Shown here one piece after another: positions 52,771 through 64,000 of a DNA stretch of 64,000 nt (its first letter is position 1; every line of letters begins with the position of its first letter). The stretch covers positions 127,704,326 through 127,768,325 of the forward strand of contig NC_068984.1 of the NCBI RefSeq assembly GCF_001194135.2, given 5' to 3'. Below the pieces are notes generated by a model, which saw only the letters and a program-made list of their open reading frames with translations, made no database searches and was not told where the DNA came from. The translations under genes were made by a program, and so were the position numbers. The DNA is from Octopus bimaculoides. Taxonomy: Eukaryota.

Positions 52771-53481
52771 NNNNNNNNNNNNNNNNNNNNNNNNNNNNNN
52801 NNNNNNNNNNNNNNNNNNNNNNNNNNNNNNNNNNNNNNNNNNNNNNNNNNNNNNNNNNNNNNNNNNNNNNNNNNNNNNNNNNNNNNNNNNNNNNNNNNNN
52901 NNNNNNNNNNNNNNNNNNNNNNNNNNNNNNNNNNNNNNNNNNNNNNNNNNNNNNNNNNNNNNNNNNNNNNNNNNNNNNNNNNNNNNNNNNNNNNNNNNNN
53001 NNNNNNNNNNNNNNNNNNNNNNNNNNNNNNNNNNNNNNNNNNNNNNNNNNNNNNNNNNNNNNNNNNNNNNNNNNNNNNNNNNNNNNNNNNNNNNNNNNNN
53101 NNNNNNNNNNNNNNNNNNNNNNNNNNNNNNNNNNNNNNNNNNNNNNNNNNNNNNNNNNNNNNNNNNNNNNNNNNNNNNNNNNNNNNNNNNNNNNNNNNNN
53201 NNNNNNNNNNNNNNNNNNNNNNNNNNNNNNNNNNNNNNNNNNNNNNNNNNNNNNNNNNNNNNNNNNNNNNNNNNNNNNNNNNNNNNNNNNNNNNNNNNNN
53301 NNNNNNNNNNNNNNNNNNNNNNNNNNNNNNNNNNNNNNNNNNNNNNNNNNNNNNNNNNNNNNNNNNNNNNNNNNNNNNNNNNNNNNNNNNNNNNNNNNNN
53401 NNNNNNNNNNNNNNNNNNNNNNNNNNNNNNNNNNNNNNNNNNNNNNNNNNNNNNNNNNNNNNNNNNNNNNNNNNNNNNNNN
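52771..53481. other. Assembly gap (largest). Others at about 1109-1190, 10869-11360, 25630-26246, 27249-27921, 29116-29289, 49800-49878, 55384-55591 plus several 10-N joins
   Basis: N runs, nearly always bordered by microsatellites or SINEs. Confidence 0.98.
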
Positions 53482-53521
<40 letters not shown>

Positions 53522-53651
53522 CCTCTGTGCATTAGCATACACACAACAAGCATACAGTCTCAAATTCATATACACTCAACATCACAGTTTTTGTATGTAT
53601 GTGCATACATCATTTTAAAGCCACATTTGCGCACACTTGCACATACACTCT

Positions 53652-53698
<47 letters not shown>

Positions 53699-53836
53699 AT
53701 GCACATATGTACAGACTCTTTACCTTGTGTTTGAATCAGATCCATTATATAAGTAAAATATTTAATATTTCTGTATCTTCTAGTCAACACATTATATATT
53801 TGTAGTAAGAAAAATAAAAATTCTGTTATCATGCAG

Positions 53837-54021
53837 CAAGGGTCCCCCAAACTTTTTAGAACATCAATCCCTTCATGGAATCCCGGACCCCCTCATCGAC
53901 CCCCAGGCATGTACAAAAAAATTAATTAATAATGATAATTAAGTAGATGTGCATTTATCGACCCTTTGAATAATCCCACTGACCCTCAGGGGGTCGATAT
54001 CGACCACTTTGGAGATCCCTG
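53837..54021. mobile_element. hAT (Charlie-like) MITE
   Basis: Ends CAAGGGTCCCCCAAACT and ACTTTGGAGATCCCTG; 8-bp flanks tcatgcag / tcgtacag (6/8 identical). Confidence 0.7.
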
Positions 54022-54376
54022 TCGTACAGCAACAGGTTGAATCCCTAGCTGTCTCAGTTATTAATGCATTTGTTAAGTTCTCAGTTCTATGTAAGTATTA
54101 ATGAATATTAATTTCAAAATTTGACACAAGGCCAGCAATTTGAGAAGCAGGATAAGTCAATTACATCGACCCCAGTACTCAACTGGGTTAAATGGTTTGA
54201 ATGGGACTGATAAACTGGAGAGCTGTACCAGGCTCCAGTTGTCTGTTTTGGCTGGGTTTTTATGGCTGGATGCCCTTTCTAATGGATTCACATTTGACAT
54301 TGACCATCCACAGTATCTCTTTTTTCTCTTACACATGGACTGCGGCCAAGCTGGGGCACCACCTTGAAGGGTTTAA

Positions 54377-54583
54377 CCCTTTCACATTCACATTATTCTG
54401 TCAAAAGTAATGCTTGTCTTTAATTAATCATGCATTATCTTGTAGTTTTGAGGTTTTGATGAAATAACTGTTAAATTTTAGACTGATATTGTCGGGTAGG
54501 TGTGAGAGGCTACGTCTGGCCAGTTTGAACATAAAGCAGGTAGAATATTTGGGCAGCATCTTATTGGTTTAAATACTAAAGTG
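54377..54583. mobile_element. TTAA-flanked MITE, family E, nested in a SINE-A copy
   Basis: TTAA|CCCTTTCACATTC...AAATACTAAAGTG|TTAG; SINE-A sequence continues on both sides. Confidence 0.75.
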
Positions 54584-56279
54584 TTAGTTGAGCAAATATG
54601 TAATTATTAATTCTAAGCCCAATATTTATTCTATATATCCTTTTTGCTAAACTAAGTTACAGGGATATAAACAAACCAACAACAACTGTCAAGCAGTGGG
54701 GTGGGAGTCAAATACAAAGATGCACACATGTTTCATACACACACACATGATGAACTTCCACACAGTTTCCATCTACCAAATTCATTCATAAGTTCTTGTC
54801 TGGCTGGGGTTACAATGGAAGACATTTGTCCAAAGCGCTACATAGTGGACTGAACCTGGAGTCTTGTGATTGCAAGACAGCCTCCTTAACTACATAGCCA
54901 TGTCTGTATCTACATAATTAATATTTATTTCTTTATTTCTCCCGGGGAGGGGGATAAACATAGAGGGGACAAACAAGGATGGACAAAGGGATTAAGTAGA
55001 TTACATCAACCCCAGTGCATAACTTATTTAATCGACTCCAAAAGGATGAAAGGCAAAGTCAACTTCGGTGGAATTTGAGCTCAGAACGTAAAGGCAGACA
55101 AAATACTGCGAGGCAATTTGCCCCGTGTGCTAACAATTCTGCCAGCTCATTACCCTGCTACATAAATAATATTGAATTATGTACGAGGTTAATGGTAGCA
55201 AAAACCAATGTATACCACCAAAAACCTCAACTAAAGTGAGAACAATGTCAAAAGAAATAATAATACAAAATTTTAAAATACAAAACTGATTGCCACACCA
55301 TCACTTCCACCAGTCTTGACCATTACCACCACCACCACCACAACCACCACCACCACCACCACCACAACCACCACTACAACCACNNNNNNNNNNNNNNNNN
55401 NNNNNNNNNNNNNNNNNNNNNNNNNNNNNNNNNNNNNNNNNNNNNNNNNNNNNNNNNNNNNNNNNNNNNNNNNNNNNNNNNNNNNNNNNNNNNNNNNNNN
55501 NNNNNNNNNNNNNNNNNNNNNNNNNNNNNNNNNNNNNNNNNNNNNNNNNNNNNNNNNNNNNNNNNNNNNNNNNNNNNNNNNNNNNNNNNNNACCCCACCA
55601 CCCCTGTCGCTACCACTACCACCATCACAACCACCACCGCCTCTACAACCACCATGACCACCTCCACGACCACCCCCACAATTACCACCACCGCCACCAC
55701 CATTATTGATAGCACTCCCATGGTCATTTGTCATTACTGCTGTTCCCTGTCGTTACCACAATGACTACTAACACCTACCACGAACATCACCGGCTTCACC
55801 ACCACCACCACCACCTGTAATGTCGTAAGCAATCTTGCCTTCACAAACCTGTGATCATTACCCACTCGCCAACACCTTCAGCCTCATCTCTGTATTTGCT
55901 CAGGTGACAGAACTTGTACATAAAGCTGAAATGAATTTAGACGCTTTGACAAGGATGCGGTTGTGTGTGTGGGTGACAGATGTGATGTGGCGAAGTCTCT
56001 GTGTCATACCTTGCGAATGTGTTCAACAGAAGCCCCAATAATCAAACTGAAACCAACAGCATGCAAGTGACAATTAAAAATAATGTAGCCATGCACCACT
56101 TGTTTAATGTAATCTGTGGTTGCAGTCATAGTTGTAAAGTGCAGCTGTATGCTTTGTACAGTCACACCGAAGGCATGGCGACGGTGGCAGCAAAGTGCAG
56201 GATAATTACTTTCAGATTTCATTATATTTAATTACTTTGACACCACAAATAATTTGATTTTACACCTTTTCAATTTGCT

Positions 56280-56324
<45 letters not shown>

Positions 56325-56349
56325 TCCTCATCTACATATGCACATACGC

Positions 56350-56401
<52 letters not shown>

Positions 56402-57327
56402 TCATTTATGTATACACACATACATATGCATATACGATGCATCCATCTGTTTATCTAATTATTTCTGTATACACACACACGCACGTGTATTTAAATTTTG
56501 CACATTATTTTTTCCCTCCTTTTCTTTCCCCATAATTTGAAATGAAAATATGGTTTTTAAATGATCGAAAATTCAGCCTTGTTGTGAAAAGAGGACAGTG
56601 GTTACAACACATGATTTTATCTCCCTGTAGACAGAAAAAAAAGGGATCAGACTGACTGGTTTCTAGTCTTCTTAAACATCAGAGAAAGAATACTCACCTT
56701 ATATCTACAGAAAGATTTTTAGCTTATAGCTATTTATACTTTGTGTGTGTGTGTTTAAATGTTAATCATCATCTTTTAATATCTTCCATGCTGGTATGGG
56801 TTGGACAGTTTGAGAGGACCTGATGGAGGACTGTTATGCCCCAGTGTCTTCTTTGGCATGGTTTCTATGGTTGGATGCCCTTCCTAACAGCAACCACTTT
56901 ACTGAGTGTACTGGCTGCCCTTTTTCATGACATCAGTACTAGTGATGTTGCCATGCAGCTCATGAGACTAGAGCCTCTATCATCTGAGTGGGGCCACAGT
57001 AGAGAGGAAGGCAGCTTTATGCTAGGTATTAAAAAAGGGCTAACACAGGATTTTTTTTGGTGTAGAGTAGATACATGGCTGCTCATTTGATTTGATTTTG
57101 ATGTTGATGTACTTCATTCAATAGGTCTCCTCAAGCACAGAAAAAAATATGGGTGGGAGTAGTGGAGAACTGATCTCAAAACCTGAATCTCTGTAAAGAG
57201 ACACCAAAAGATAAGATCTTGCTGTACTGGAGAAGACCTATTCAACCCATGCAAGTATGGAAAAATGAATGTAAAATGATGATATATTCACACACGCGCA
57301 CACACACACGATCTCTTCACTCTTTCT

Positions 57328-57365
<38 letters not shown>

Positions 57366-59174
57366 CATACATAAATAATATATCACACCTACACATATAT
57401 ATAGCTATCAGAACCTATTGACCGTGGAAAAAAACTACAGAGTGGAAAATGAAATGTTGCTATAGTTGTTGTTGTTGTTGGCATAGTAATTTTTTTTATA
57501 TAAATATTTGCCTTATGCTTTTACCTTGATATATTGCTTTCCTGTAATTTATGGATTGTCTATCTACTACCCTGGATGTTAGTGTCAATATTGGTGATAT
57601 AGCTTCTGTCAACTGTGCAGCATTGCTCTGACATTTCATTCATTATTACTTGAACTGGAAAACTGAAAAGAAAGGAAAATAATTCTGTTTAGAGATATTC
57701 TATATTCCATTGCATGATTCACCAAATATTCAATGTTGCTTTTGTAAAATTACAATAGTTATTAGACAGTGGCGAAATTGAGTTCATATGTGAATCCCCA
57801 TCTAAATCTTCAAGGGTATTTTCAAAGGTTACTAGTACATTTCTAGCCTTGTTTTGATGGTGTTTAACAGATGAAAGATAAATTTCCCTTTGTATGGAAT
57901 GCTTGCCTATTGCAAGTAACATTTTCAGATTGATTTTGTGTGTGTGTGCGTGTGTGTACTACATGACAGCTTAAGGAACTGAGGTTATATAGAATAATGT
58001 ATTCTGTCTAGAAACACAATAGTGAAGAGTAGAGCTAAGACTCCACTTGGGTAGAAGATAACTCTATGTCAGATAATATTCTTAAATAATCTAGTATCTT
58101 GTCGTCCTGACAGTTAGATGAATTGGGTTAATACAGAATATAATGTTTTTCATAGTAACTCAATGAAACACCAGCAGGGTAGCTGGGTTGTCCAGTACTT
58201 TATCCCCTCAGCTATCACATTATTACAATTACAGCAGAGATGTTGTTCTAGAGTTATAGTAGCGTATCCCACTTGATAGATTGGGTTGATGTCCTGCTCC
58301 TATGTCAATTGAGCAGGGCTTGTCCTGTTAATCTATACACTATAATCGAATACCTAAGAATGATGGTACATGTTTCTGATTTATCTCAGTATCTCTAATA
58401 CATAGATTACTACATTAATGTTGCATTGTATTGCAGTTAAGAAAATGCCATCCAGGAAGCATTTGTATTTTGTTAAATTTATCTTGCTTTTTTTGACAAA
58501 ATGTTACTCAACGTTTAAAATGTCTGTGCTAGATAATTCACTTATCCTCCAAGTTTCATTTTTCCTGAAAACTGTATGTGCTTTAAACATATAAATATAA
58601 TATAATATACTGAATGTTTTGGTATGTTAGTGATGATATATTCGTATTTTTTCCCCCTTTAACAGTTGTCAAACTAACACCAGAATACAAATTAGCTCAC
58701 TCACATTTAACTAAAGAATATTTTCCAAGTGGCTATGATCTACTTCTTACCCCACGATAAAGTTAAAGGAATTCCCACAAGGTTTAATATATTGGAAATT
58801 ACAGTTAATGCAATACTAAAATTGTGTTGAGATCTTGGTTATAAAGATACAAAAATACCTTAGTATATTGCAAACTGTTGTTCTTGTACCTTGTAACCAT
58901 GTTGGTAATGTCAGCTATGGTATATTGTGCTAGAGCTACACTAAATACATAACACTGGCTGAGGGAATCTAAACTTGACATATTGTTATGTAGGTGACAT
59001 GCTATTAATGTATGTAGGTTGGGTACATGTTTTTAATGAATGTAGCTCACATGACCAATGCAGGCAGTACACTGTGGCAGTGTCAGAACAGTCAAGGTAC
59101 ACTGTAACAGTGTCATATAGTTATGGTACATGGGCAACTGCTAGTAGAGGTGAAGGGTGAAGTGATAGCCTGAA

Positions 59175-59571
59175 CCCTTTAGTTACCAAATTTCTGTTCA
59201 AATACATTGCCTTTGTCTCAATTACTTCAGAAAATAATGAAGACTTTTCTAACATAATTCTGCCATTATTAAGCTGGTGTTTCAAATACAAAATAACATG
59301 AAATTTTGATGGAAGGTTTTAACCCTTTAGTATTCAAATTACTTTGTCAAATATAATTTATTTATATTGTTTTGAATTAATCATGCATTATCTCATAGCT
59401 TTGAGATTTCAATAATGTGGTTATTTAATGTTAGAATGGCATTGTAGGGTTGAGGTGAGCGGCTGGATATGTCCAGTTTGAATGCTGAATGGTTAATGTA
59501 GATCACTTTTAGACACCATAGTTCATACCATAGAACCAGGAGCAGTCTTGGATGCATTGGTACTGAAATGG
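59175..59571. mobile_element. Second TTAA MITE family with family-E MITE (59323-59492) nested at its internal TTAA
   Basis: Outer ends TGAA|CCCTTTTAGTTACCAA ... TTGGTACTGAAATGG|TTAA; inner TTAA|CCCTTTAGTATTC ... AATGCTGAATGG|TTAA. Confidence 0.7.
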
Positions 59572-59633
59572 TTAAGGTAGTTTGGGAAGATGGGACCAGA
59601 GTTATTAAAATCACCTCTGTTTCTGAATGTATC

Positions 59634-59701
59634 TTAAATCCTATATCACTAGAGATGTTATAATCCCTATATCACTAGAGATGTTATAATCCCTATATCA
59701 C
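59634..59701. repeat. 26-bp tandem repeat, about 2.5 copies
   Basis: ATCCCTATATCACTAGAGATGTTATA repeated. Confidence 0.85.
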
Positions 59702-60362
59702 CCAAGTTGTTATCTCCTGTACTATTGGAATTATTCTGATCTGCACCCGTGTCTCTGAAGTGAATAATCCCCTACATTGTTGTAGGTTTTATAATCCCCA
59801 GCATACATGGATGTATTGTGAATCCTCTGTACCTTTTAAGCTTGCTTTACTATTTTTACTTTTATTTTTTGCTCACAGCAAAATGATTTATTCGACTGGT
59901 TAAACTTCTTGGTCTGCTGACCATCACTAGTTCCCTCAAATTATCCTGTTTTACTATATCATACGCTTATCAAGGTGAAATGCCGAAATTTTTATTCTTG
60001 AAAATGACAACCTCCCTCCCCCATGCGCACCTCCCTCACACATGTGCACATGCACACACATACATGTGCAGGCTATGAGTTTAGTCATGTCATTACAATT
60101 GAAGTGTATTTAGCTGAATATTGTTGCAGCTACAAAATATAATTTTAAAAAGAAAAAAAAGAAATTAATCTATCTTGTAGATTTGGTGGATGAACAAAGA
60201 GAATTGAGAATATTTATCTAAAAACTAGACTTTATTGATTTTCAATATAAAATTGAAGAGAAACTTACTGTTATTGTATCCCATGTCAATACATAATGGA
60301 ATTGTGATATATTTTACAAAAATATTCAACATCCTTTCCCTCTCTTACTCTCTTCATCATCA

Positions 60363-60406
<44 letters not shown>

Positions 60407-60798
60407 ATCCTCTCTACCACAAATCTCTCTCTTTCTGTTTCATCCCTCACTTCAAGTTCTGATCAGATTATATCTATTCAACATAGCTATTTCAGTCAAT
60501 ATTAATATATATCGTGCCACGCTGGTTTGTATTTAAATTATTTCTTGGACAAGTTTCCTCATTTCGCTACTATTGATTATATAATTCGCTGACAAGGAGG
60601 GGGACAAACAAAAGAAACAAGGGACAGAAGAAGCCAGGGAATAGGAAGCAGTTACATGATAATATCATATAAGGCATCGGAGATTGTTAATATTTTGCAT
60701 AATTGGGCAGCAGAGAATCAGTAGAAAAGGCATGACTGCATTTTGGACTAAATCTGTGACAACATTTAATTTTATTCTCTCTTCTCTTTCTCTCTCTC

Positions 60799-60838
<40 letters not shown>

Positions 60839-62381
60839 GAATTCCTGCGGAGTTAAGACTCTAAAATAGATACCAGTAATACACTGGATTCATTTCGCAC
60901 ACTCCCTTCCCAGACTATGCCATCATTACAGAAACTGGACATGTACCTTGTCAATTTGTGTCTGAAAACATAGGTGTTTATAGACATTGTCGTTAACTTT
61001 TGCAAGTGTGCAGTGCTCCAATATCAACAGAAGTAATGTTTTTATTCCTGGACCAGGCTGTGTGTTGTGTTCTTGAGCAAGACACTTTATTTCATGTTGC
61101 TCCAGTTCACTCAGCTGTAGAAATGAGCTGTGATGTCACTGGTACCAAGCTGTATCAGCTTTTACCTTTTCCTTGGATCACATCAGTGGCATGGAGAGAA
61201 TAGGCTGGTATGCATGGTATTGTCCGGGCTTGTGCCTTGGAGGAGAACATTCTAGGTGCAATCCTATGGTTGTTCATGACTAAAGAGGGTTTTTACTGTA
61301 GAAATCAGGTCATTATTGATCCATACAGACCTGTGATGAAAGATGTCCAAGCTGTGACAATCCTGTCTTTTATTCAGACACAACATTTTTAAGAGGCTGC
61401 ATTATATAATCCTTACTTTTTGCAGATATAATCCTTATTCTTTTTGAAGGACATTTGACTGCTACTTCCATTGAGAAGAATGGCCTCAAAAAGGTTCCTT
61501 TATGTTTCACTGGTACAGAGTCCAACACTCCAGTAACAACTGAAGTGGTGTTTTGTTTGAACTGAGAAATGAAAATCACTAGAATGTTAACAGAAGTGGT
61601 GTATTGATGCATGGCAGAGTGTCTAACACTGCTGTGTGATCAACAAAAGTGGTAATGCAGAGAGTACCACTACAGTGTCCAGCATAAGGGGAGTTTTATG
61701 TTTGGCTGGTGCAGTGTCCAACACTGCTGTGGCAACGAAAGTGGTGCCTTACATTTAAAACGGTGAACACTCCAACACTGCAGTATGCAAATGAAGTGGT
61801 TCAATAAATATTGATTTGCATCTTTGAAAAGAAAGAAATAAAATTTAAGAAATAAATGAATGAAACATGGGTAAAAATATTCCAGCCTAAAATTAATATC
61901 AATGTTGCCGTTAGCTCCTTTCACTTGGATGTAATTTTCCTCTGACACTTTATTTTACGATTTTTGTATTTGTAGTTCCCCAAGTCTGTGTGTGTTTGTG
62001 TTTTTTTCTTTGTATGTGAGTGTGTTTCTTTCTATCTATGTTTAGCTCTCTCTCTCTCTCTCTCTGATTTTCTCTTTCTTTGTTTCTGTTGTTTTCTCCC
62101 CCCCCCCCGTGTATCCCTTCCTCTCTCTCGTCCTTCCCCTCTCGCCCATCTCTTTTTCTCTCTCAAAACTGTAGTTATTTCTTAAATGTCACTTATGTCT
62201 TCTATTGTTTTTCAACTTTTATTTATTGTTATGAGGGTCAGACGTATATAGTGTATCATTAGAAATATCAGTTAAAAAGCCAGCTGGGTTTTTTTCTTAA
62301 GTAAAATAAATATGTATGTACATCTATATATATATTTGAAGAAGTGAGTAACTAAAATACTCAAGCCATCTATTTTTCTTT

Positions 62382-62438
<57 letters not shown>

Positions 62439-63189
62439 TCAGGAAAACATATCAAACCAATATTGTCAGTTCTACATTATAAATAATTTTTATATCACTA
62501 AAATCTCTCTTTTTGTTATTCATTTTCCAATTAATTTTTTTAATTACTGAAATGTTGGTTATTAATTTCTTCACTCATCAGTGTTGGGTTAAGTAGTTTG
62601 CTCATAGCCACAAGTTGTCTGACTTTTCTGTTACCAACCTTCATGAGACTATCTCTATTCCTATGACACAAAACCTGCTTTAAAGTGTTCATATTTAAGA
62701 TAAAATTGCCTGTCAATTTAATCTAAGAATCCTTTGTTATGTTTTCCAAACAACAGCTTAATAATGACAGCTATTTTTACAAAATCCCTCCAAATTCTCA
62801 TTTATTTTCAAAATTAATTGAAGTACAAAAACAGTATATTTTATTAGAAATATGGATAAGAAAGACTTAAAATTTTGTCACTGGTGTTGTTGTTATTGAT
62901 GATGTTTATTTAATATTAGTCAAACTTGTCACATCATTTCACCAATGATTTATTGTTTTCTGCATAACTTCACAGGCTTATTCAATTTTTCCATTCATCA
63001 GATTTTATATTTGCTGTCATTTAATGAAGATGTTTTTTTGTTTGTTTTTTCATTGATTACAAAACTTGCATTTATAGGAAAAGCAAACTGGGATGTTGTT
63101 ATGAGCATTCTCCCCGACCACTGCCAAAATGTATTATTAGTAACTTGGGAAATTTACTGGGAATGGGAAACATTCAATTGAATTAATGC

Positions 63190-63650
63190 TCAGTGTATTC
63201 AGCTCGATCACCTTGACCAGCCAGACTGTCGGGTCTCTCTTTGAATCTGTTGGCCACAGCATTTCATCCATTCTGTTCATCCTTCTCCTTTGTAGTCCTA
63301 TTATTCTTTTTACATCATCAATCCATCTGAGTGGAGACCTTCCAAGGGATCGTTTCTGCTTGCATGGATACCCTTCAACAACTGCACAGGCTCACCGATT
63401 ATTGGTGCACCGTGCAACATGTCTGGTCCATCTGAGTTTGTTCAAACAGTATTCAGTGATAACATCTTTCATTCTAGTTCTCTCCCTAATCTGCTCATTT
63501 CAGATGTGATCTCTCAAGGAAGTTCCCAGCATCGATCTTTCCATGGCTCTTTGTGTTGTTTTGCAGGTAGAATCATGCTGTTGAAGAGGTTTGCGCAAGT
63601 GGCTCTGTCGAGGTTCACTTTTAACATATCCTTTACTGAGCTGAATGTTC
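63190..63650 (-). mobile_element. Degenerate RTE-clade LINE 3' fragment (second RTE family)
   Basis: Minus strand NLFNSMILP..TTQRAMERSMLGTSLRDHI*NEQIRERTRMKDVI..KLRWTRHVARCTNNR*..KRSLGRSPLRWIDDV, typical RTE RT C-terminus, with stops and an internal deletion. Confidence 0.88.
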
Positions 63651-63948
63651 TCCAGACTGATAATTATTAACTCAGTGCAGTTTGAACTCAAATTATAAAT
63701 GGCTGAAACTGAATATCGCCACAAAGTCCAGTCATTTGACTGTGGCCATGCTGGAGTAGCGCCTTGAGGGGGTTTTACTCGAACAGATCAACCCCAGGAC
63801 TTATTTATTTTATTTTTTTTAAAGCCTAGTACTTATTCTATCAGTTCCTTTTTTGCTGAACTGCTAAGTTACAGCGATGTAAACAAACCAGCACTCATTG
63901 TCAAGCAGTGAAGGGGGGACAAATACAGATACAAAGGCATACACATAG

Positions 63949-63984
<36 letters not shown>

Positions 63985-64000
63985 TTATATGTATATATAT

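Noticed and set aside
10710-55734. Long ORFs of 150-315 aa containing X runs
   Set aside because: Open only because they cross N gaps.
56692-56712. Minus-strand 7-nt microexon ATATAAG|gtgagt
   Set aside because: Consensus donor but short pyrimidine tract, not frame-preserving, and on the opposite strand to the stronger signals.
58666-58760. Possible + terminal exon VKLTPEYKLAHSHLTKEYFPSGYDLLLTPR* (similar cases after acceptors at 6764, 10228, 16909, 19279, 32677, 37681)
   Set aside because: Short open frames after acceptor-like motifs are expected by chance in T-rich DNA; no donor or homology support.

Overview
AT-rich, microsatellite-dense animal genomic DNA from a draft assembly with many N gaps. 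The SINE families and repeat style point to an octopus or other coleoid cephalopod (inference from recognising the repeats, not a database search). I find no intact protein-coding gene. Almost all supplied ORFs are microsatellite, minisatellite, N-gap or decayed-transposon artefacts. The window reads as the interior of very long intron(s), probably of a + strand gene. It is filled with tRNA-headed SINEs, 5'-truncated RTE LINEs, decayed RT and RLE fragments, and non-autonomous DNA transposons (Tc1/mariner with TA, hAT with 8-bp TSD, TTAA elements), several of them nested. The best unexplained signals are: (1) a near-canonical minimal type I hammerhead ribozyme with a palindromic stem III at 22701-22748 (+), plus a decayed one at 11460-11494 (-); (2) + strand zero-length AG|GT sites at 8299/8300, 19279/19280 and 35661/35662 that look like recursive splice (ratchet) points; (3) a candidate 21-nt frame-preserving microexon at 43298-43318 behind a pyrimidine tract of about 45 nt; (4) long foldback structures at 6566-6729 and 23085-23535 that could be dsRNA/ADAR substrates. 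Repeat boundaries are approximate unless TSDs or TIRs are quoted.
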